Positions 58,483 to 64,000 of a stretch of DNA of 64,000 nt are shown here, one piece after another. Source of the DNA: Candidatus Micrarchaeota archaeon (lineage in GTDB: Archaea; Micrarchaeota; Micrarchaeia; Norongarragalinales; SBBD01); NCBI GenBank assembly GCA_018819225.1, contig JAHJQN010000005.1, positions 32,001 to 96,000 of the forward strand, given 5' to 3'. The translations under genes were made by a program, and so were the position numbers. The first letter of the stretch is position 1, and every line of letters begins with the position of its first letter. Below the pieces are notes generated by a model. The model searched no databases. It worked only from the letters and a program-made list of their open reading frames with translations, and was not told where the DNA came from.

Positions 58483-59188
58483 ATCCGAAACGCGAGGAGC
58501 TCGGCGGGAGCCGGTAGCGCTGGCGCAGTGAAATAAATTCTCGGTTCAACCGTTCGTAAGCGACCGACGCGTCTTTTTCGCTAAACAGGAAGGAAATCAT
58601 TCTCCACGTGGAGAAGAAGGAAACGATGTTGATGCCTTCCAGTTTTTGTAAGAAATAAAGGTATACGCCCGGCGTGTGGATGACGCCTTCATCGTAAGCG
58701 ACGGAGAACAGCGTCAGGTTTTCCACGAATTCCATGACCTGTTTTTCGGGAGCCAGCTTTAACAAGTCCGGAAGGAACTTCTTGCTGACAATCACGAGAA
58801 TTTCCTCCGAACGCTGGATCACGTACATTTTTTCGCCCATCTCCCAACGCACTTTCGTCGACGCAAATTCCGCCAATTTTTTGTACAATTGCGAGGTGCG
58901 AACGAAGTAAATGTTCGCCATCTGCTCGCGCACCAAAAGCGTGCAATGGGATAGCAATTCCTCCAATTTCTTGGACTCCCTGGAATCCAGCGAGTGCGCC
59001 ACGAATCGGCGCGACGCCATGACGATGGCATCCTCGCTCACCGGATTGTTTCCGAGTTTTTGTTGCACGTACGGCTTGAGGTAACGCGCCAAAGCGGAAT
59101 AGTTGATGAGGCCTTCCCTCATCGCGGGATGCATCGAGTGCAAGCCTTCTAATATCTCGTATACGGCATCGGATACGCTCGTCTTCAT
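58472..59188 (-). CDS. ACT-domain-containing regulator-like protein
   Basis: EGLINYSALAR, AIVMASRR, TPGVY, INIVSFFST. Confidence 0.8.
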   Translation of the reverse strand: MKTSVSDAVYEILEGLHSMHPAMREGLINYSALARYLKPYVQQKLGNNPVSEDAIVMASRRFVAHSLDSRESKKLEELLSHCTLLVREQMANIYFVRTSQLYKKLAEFASTKVRWEMGEKMYVIQRSEEILVIVSKKFLPDLLKLAPEKQVMEFVENLTLFSVAYDEGVIHTPGVYLYFLQKLEGINIVSFFSTWRMISFLFSEKDASVAYERLNREFISLRQRYRLPPSSSRFGYED

Positions 59189-59477
59189 ACTGGCAAACCC
59201 CCCTTAAATCCAACACGGATTAGTAAATGAGACAAAAGTGTAGGATTTTCAGGTAGATTAAGGTTTTTATAACTATTGTTGGGATTGTTTTGAATAGCTA
59301 AGGGATAATACGCGTTTAATCCGAGGAGGGAGAAGGGCTTAAAAAAAAGTCTTCCTCACCTTCAATGGATGGCCGTCATGTCATGATACGCGATCCACGG
59401 GTATCGGCAACTTAATATTCGTTATCCGTTTAAAATGGAAAACGGGAATCCGTTTTCCCTTGGGAGTGATAAGCGCG

Positions 59478-60233
59478 ATGTTAATAACCGGTGCGAGCGG
59501 GGTTCTGGGGCAGGAGGTGGCCAAGCGGTTTCCGGACGCATTGAAACCCCCTCATTCCGAGCTCGACGTGACGAACCGTGCGGAAGTGGAGGCGTGCATT
59601 GAAAAAAATCGCCCGGATGTCGTCATCCATTTGGCGGCTGCAGTAAGCCCCGTCAAGTGTCATACAAACAAGGAATGGGCGTGGAAGACGAACGTGCTAG
59701 GAACGCAGCATCTAGTGGATGCACTACTCAAACATCACCCTAACACATTCCTGGCCCTCATGAGCACGCCCTGCATTTTTGACGGGGAGGATGAAAACCC
59801 CAAGGACGAGTTCGCGTTCCCGTTTCCGGATAATTTCTATGGATTATCAAAAGCGATGCAAGAGCTCATCGTATCCCGAAGCGGGTTGAATCACGTCATT
59901 ATTCGTTCGAATTTTGTCGCGTTCACGCGGTGGCGGTATCCAAAGGCGTTCACGGATAGAAGAAGCAACTACTTGTTCGCTCCCACGGTTGCCGATGGCA
60001 TCGCGGACGTGTTGAAAGAAGGGATAACGGGCGTCGTGCACGTGTTGGGCGACCGAATCATATCCATGTATGAATTGGCTCGATTGTGTCCGGATTCGGA
60101 GGATGTTAAGCCCATGACGCTCGACGAATATTATTCAAAGAACGCGGGAGGTTGCCGTTTAACGAAGAACATGATCTTGGCGTCCACGCGCTGGAAGCGT
60201 TACGCCATAACAAGCGCGATGACCCAAACCTAG
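59478..60233 (+). CDS. RmlD-like sugar-nucleotide reductase (SDR)
   Basis: ITGASGVLG, LDVT, IHLAA, STPCIFDG, YGLSK. Confidence 0.85.
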   Translation: MLITGASGVLGQEVAKRFPDALKPPHSELDVTNRAEVEACIEKNRPDVVIHLAAAVSPVKCHTNKEWAWKTNVLGTQHLVDALLKHHPNTFLALMSTPCIFDGEDENPKDEFAFPFPDNFYGLSKAMQELIVSRSGLNHVIIRSNFVAFTRWRYPKAFTDRRSNYLFAPTVADGIADVLKEGITGVVHVLGDRIISMYELARLCPDSEDVKPMTLDEYYSKNAGGCRLTKNMILASTRWKRYAITSAMTQT

Positions 60234-60249
60234 CAACGGAGGATCTCAC

Positions 60250-60762
60250 ATGAAATTAAACTTAGGTTGTGGAAACGTTCACAAAGAAGGGTTCATCAAC
60301 ATCGACTCGGAAAAAACGTCCGCAGCAGACCAAATCGTTGATTTGAACCGCTACCCGTGGCCATTCCCTTCGAACTCGATCGACGTCGTCTATTGCAGCC
60401 ACTTCCTCGAGCATGTGGACGAGCCCGTCAAAGCCATCGAGGAAATCTATCGGATCCTGAAGAAAAACGGGGGATTGGAGGTCATCGCACCGTATTACGC
60501 ATCCCCCGGCGCTTTCTACGATTTAACGCACCGTTCCTTCTTTGGCTATAAGACCTTTGACCCGTTCTCGGACAACCGGGAATACAACTACATCTCCAAG
60601 GCCCGTTTTCGAATCGGAAAACGCAAACTGGTTTTTTCCAAAACCCACCACGTACTCGGAGTACAAGCATTTGCCAACGCGTTTCCCCGAATTTATGAGG
60701 ATTTCATGGCGATGGTCTTTCCGGCAAGGGAAATCCACTTTTTCATGGAGGCCGTGAAATGA
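60250..60762 (+). CDS. SAM-dependent methyltransferase (type 11)
   Basis: LNLGCG, SHFLEH, EIYRILKKNG, DLTH. Confidence 0.88.
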   Translation: MKLNLGCGNVHKEGFINIDSEKTSAADQIVDLNRYPWPFPSNSIDVVYCSHFLEHVDEPVKAIEEIYRILKKNGGLEVIAPYYASPGAFYDLTHRSFFGYKTFDPFSDNREYNYISKARFRIGKRKLVFSKTHHVLGVQAFANAFPRIYEDFMAMVFPAREIHFFMEAVK

Positions 60763-61697
60763 CCGGAATCAGCTTCATTGTACTAAATTACAATGGGGAA
60801 AACGTCCTTTCCGGAACGCTTCGGTCGATAGAGGCCGAAAGGCGTCCTGGAGATGAATGCATTGTCGTAGACAACCACTCGACCGATCAGTCCAGAAGCG
60901 TTTGCCAACGATTTCCGGGGGTCCGTTTCCTTTCGCTTGCCGAAAACCGGGTGTTGGGCGCCTACAATGCAGGAGTGCAAGCGGCGGTTCATCCGTGGGT
61001 ATGTTTGCTAAACAACGACATCCACATCGAAAAGGGGTTTCGTGACGCGGCAATAAGACACGTAGGGGACAAGCGCTTATTCGCGGCAACCGCCAAGATC
61101 CTGTATCCCGACAAAAAAACGATGGAAACCGGGTATTGTCGGCCGTCCTTCAACAATTTCCATTTCAAATACGACATCGTGGGCCGCGGGGAGCTGGCGA
61201 GCCAATACGAACAAGAAATGGAGAACTTTTCCGCACCGATGGCGGGAATCTTCCATCGCGAAAAGTATCTGGAACTGGGGGGAATCGATTGCCTCTATTT
61301 TCCAGCGTATTGGGAGGAAATTGATTTGGCGTACAATGCATGGAAGCGCGGGTGGTGCGTACTCTTCGACCCCAAAATGGTTGCCGTGCACCACCATGAG
61401 GACCGGATCGTGAAAACGCACGGCGCGGGAAAAACAGTGGCCGCGGGAGCGAGGAATAAGATCCTGTTTGTCGCGAAAAACATTGCGGACAGGGGTTTGT
61501 TGTTCCGCTTTTTCATCGGTTGGCCGGCGGTTTTTCTTGCTGGGACGCTGCGCCGCGGGCCATGGTTCGCCTATGGCTTTTTTCAAGCGATTCCTCGGCT
61601 GACGAACGCTTGGAAGCGGAAAAAAGAAATGGAAAAAAAACGCGTGCTATCCGACCGGGAGATTTTCCATCGGACGCACGGAATGATCCGCCCTTAG
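60759..61697 (+). CDS. Glycosyltransferase family 2
   Basis: IVLNYNG, VVDNHSTD, LLNND, YWEEIDL. Confidence 0.92.
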   Translation: MTGISFIVLNYNGENVLSGTLRSIEAERRPGDECIVVDNHSTDQSRSVCQRFPGVRFLSLAENRVLGAYNAGVQAAVHPWVCLLNNDIHIEKGFRDAAIRHVGDKRLFAATAKILYPDKKTMETGYCRPSFNNFHFKYDIVGRGELASQYEQEMENFSAPMAGIFHREKYLELGGIDCLYFPAYWEEIDLAYNAWKRGWCVLFDPKMVAVHHHEDRIVKTHGAGKTVAAGARNKILFVAKNIADRGLLFRFFIGWPAVFLAGTLRRGPWFAYGFFQAIPRLTNAWKRKKEMEKKRVLSDREIFHRTHGMIRP

Positions 61698-61735
61698 TTT
61701 GTGACGCCGAATCGAACACGGTCACACGGAATGCG

Positions 61736-63151
61736 TTACAACGACCGGGGGTTTTCCGGTTTACCCAAACCCCGATAATAAAAACCTGCAGCGATCGCTT
61801 CGCGTTGATCGTAAAAATTGCGGGCGTCGAGGAGGATCGGGGTTCGCATCACCCTCTTCAAATCGGCCAACGAGATGCTCCGGAATATATCGTGATCCGT
61901 TGCGAGGATGACGGCATCGGATTGACGGATCTCCGTATCGAGACATCCATCGACTCGAATGTCCGTGGTCTGACCGGTCGCTTGCCGGATGACGGGATCG
62001 CAGAGCACGACTTGGACCCCGAGATTTCTCACCTTTTGGGCAATGGTGTTGGATAAGCTGACGCGCGCATCGGGAATGTTCTTCTTGTAAGCAATGCCCA
62101 TGATGCATACCTTCGACTCGTTGATGGGGACGTTCCGTTCTTCGAAAGCCTTCTGCAGCAGTGAAACGAAATAATCGGCCACGCCGTCGTTAACCTCTCG
62201 AGTCACGCGCATCATCTTCGTGTCGACCCCCATTTTTTCAGCCTGTTTGATGAGATACCACGTGTCGACTGGAATGCATTCGCCCCCCACCAAACCAGGG
62301 AAATGGGGAAGGAAAGCGAATGGCTTGGTTTCAGCGGCTTGGATGACGTCGTAGGTATCCAGTCCGAGCTTCGAGAAAATGACGGCAAACTCGTTCACAA
62401 GCGCGATGTTCACGTCGCGAAATATGTTTTCCATCAACTTGGAGGCTTCCGCCGTTTCGATATCTGCTACGGGAGTGACCCCCGCCAGAATGAATTCGGA
62501 ATAAAAGAGACGGGCCAGCTTGAGACTTTTTTCGTCGACTCCGCCCACCACGCGCGGAATCTGATCCAAGGTCATCATCAGTGCGCTGGTTTTTTTATCG
62601 TATATCACGTGCGCATGCGTTTCCGTGGGGAGTCCGGGATTGTAACGCTCGGGGCAGTATGCGAGACCCCAATCGGATCCGATGCGCAATCCGGATTTTT
62701 CCTCGATGAGCTTTCCGAATGAACGCGTCGTACCAATGGTAATGGAGCTTTCAAGTACCACCAAGCTGCCCTTGGTCAGATGGGGCGCCAATTCGCGTGC
62801 GGCCCGCTGAAGGAATGATAAATTGATTTCCCGGTCATCGCCTACGGGTGTTGGCACGCAGACCACAATGATTTTGGAATGGGGTATCGCTTCGGAAAAG
62901 TCCGTAGTGGCTTTGATCGTTCCCGACGAAACCAGTGGGCGCAACATCTGCGGATATTCCGATTCGAGGACGTTACCATTCAGTTTTTTTACTCGCTCCC
63001 GGTTCACATCAATTCCAATGGTTGGAAAGCCGGCGTGAGCGATGTGTATGGCCGTCGGCAAGCCGATCGTGCCGATTCCCACAACAGATACTCCAACGGA
63101 ATGCTCGCGCATCCTTTTTTCAGCAACGGCCATTGATTCCGTATAAACCAT
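61736..63151 (-). CDS. UDP-N-acetylhexosamine dehydrogenase (WecC/WbpA family)
   Basis: GIGTIGLP, CVPTP, YCPERYNPG, KLMENIFRDVNIALVNE, GGECIPVD, GIAYK. Confidence 0.92.
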   Translation of the reverse strand: MVYTESMAVAEKRMREHSVGVSVVGIGTIGLPTAIHIAHAGFPTIGIDVNRERVKKLNGNVLESEYPQMLRPLVSSGTIKATTDFSEAIPHSKIIVVCVPTPVGDDREINLSFLQRAARELAPHLTKGSLVVLESSITIGTTRSFGKLIEEKSGLRIGSDWGLAYCPERYNPGLPTETHAHVIYDKKTSALMMTLDQIPRVVGGVDEKSLKLARLFYSEFILAGVTPVADIETAEASKLMENIFRDVNIALVNEFAVIFSKLGLDTYDVIQAAETKPFAFLPHFPGLVGGECIPVDTWYLIKQAEKMGVDTKMMRVTREVNDGVADYFVSLLQKAFEERNVPINESKVCIMGIAYKKNIPDARVSLSNTIAQKVRNLGVQVVLCDPVIRQATGQTTDIRVDGCLDTEIRQSDAVILATDHDIFRSISLADLKRVMRTPILLDARNFYDQREAIAAGFYYRGLGKPENPRSL

Positions 63152-63186
63152 GCGTATTCACCTTAAAAACAAAAACGGGTTTCATC

Positions 63187-64000
63187 TCATTGAGCGGAAG
63201 GGACCAAATGGCGTTTTTTATACTCGGCCACTCGCCGGATTCCTTCGGCGAGACGAACGTGCGGCTCGTACCCCAATCGTTTCGCTTTGGAGATGTCTGG
63301 TATCCGGCGGAATATCTCCCGCTGTTCGCTTCGGTCGCTTTGATCGAACGGAATCAGTTCAATACGTTCCTTCTTATCAAGTGCCGAGAACGCCGTCCGA
63401 GCCAAGTCCTTCACGGAAACGGGTTCGGACGGATTCCCGATGTTGAAGATCTCATTTTGCTGCTTGAACGTGGTCATCGTCCCGTTGGCGACGTCGTCGA
63501 CATAGCAGTACGCTCGCACTTGATCTCCGTTTCCGTAGATGGGTACGGGTTGGTCCCTCAGAATGAGGTCCACAAATTTCGGGATAACAAAATGGTTGCT
63601 TTGAAGGGGCCCGTAAACATTAAAATACCGATAGATCACGAACGGGAGTCCGTGTTCCTTATGATATGACTTAATGTATTCTTCGGATACGACTTTGGCT
63701 ATTCCGTAACAGGATTTGGGTTTGAGGGAATGAGTTTCCGCAATCGGGACCGTATCCGGCTCGCCATAGGTTTCCGAAGTGGAAGAAAAAATGAACTTTT
63801 TAACGTCGGATTGCCGGCATGCTTCGAGCACCGACCGCGTTCCGTCAATGATCTGGTTCAATGTGTCGACGGGTTTTTTTTCCGTTTGAATAACACTCAG
63901 AGTGGAAGCGAAGTGAAAAACGGTTTCGCAATCGCGGACCGCCGAGCGCATGATGGCATGGTCGGTAACGTCCCCTTGCACGAATTCCGTGACGGCCACC
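63187..64000 (-). CDS. NAD-dependent epimerase/dehydratase (N-terminus beyond the window)
   Basis: FSSTSETYG, YGIAK, RYFNVYGP, GNGDQVR, RRIPDISKA. Confidence 0.92.
   Translation of the reverse strand, partial: VAVTEFVQGDVTDHAIMRSAVRDCETVFHFASTLSVIQTEKKPVDTLNQIIDGTRSVLEACRQSDVKKFIFSSTSETYGEPDTVPIAETHSLKPKSCYGIAKVVSEEYIKSYHKEHGLPFVIYRYFNVYGPLQSNHFVIPKFVDLILRDQPVPIYGNGDQVRAYCYVDDVANGTMTTFKQQNEIFNIGNPSEPVSVKDLARTAFSALDKKERIELIPFDQSDRSEQREIFRRIPDISKAKRLGYEPHVRLAEGIRRVAEYKKRHLVPSAQ

Noticed and set aside
59312-59459. Hairpins upstream of the glycan cluster (e.g. GGAAAACGG-GAAT-CCGTTTTCC)
   Set aside because: Single occurrences with no recognisable ncRNA motif; cannot be supported beyond generic stem-loops

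Overview
Archaeal chromosomal segment. It has archaeal ribosomal proteins, RNAP subunits D and N, RadA, Hjc, aIF2-alpha, Nop10 and BHB-type tRNA introns. Gene content and compact organisation suggest a DPANN lineage such as Ca. Micrarchaeota (inference, not tested). Core genes: ftsZ, pyrBI, rtcB plus archease, the S13-S4-S11-rpoD-L18e-L13-S9-rpoN cluster, L30e-nusA-S12-S7, and L44e-S27e-aIF2a-Nop10-PAC2. There are also carbohydrate genes (tal, fbp, DUF2090), thiol-redox genes (Trx, CcdA, DipZ-like), thiamine salvage genes and the start of a glycan cluster. Five tRNA genes are present, four of them carrying six introns in total, four at non-canonical sites. Three genes are absent from the ORF track: a >915-aa exported protein running off the left edge, S27e and Nop10. 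Most interesting observations: (1) a putative non-type-IV filament operon, in which a 202-aa pilin-like protein is homologous to the split C-terminal domain of a 1519-aa adhesin; (2) three paralogous secreted proteins, each with a Ptr2/LrpA-like palindrome exactly 12 nt after its TATA box, linked to two LrpA paralogs; (3) two of those paralogs form inverted repeats whose recombination would flip about 40 kb and restore both a tandem array and a sugar-phosphate gene cluster; (4) short palindromic elements at tRNA 3' ends, one with a duplicated tRNA end; (5) a cluster of small single-TM peptides ending in ELPR(F/Y). All alignments and tRNA folds were done by eye.
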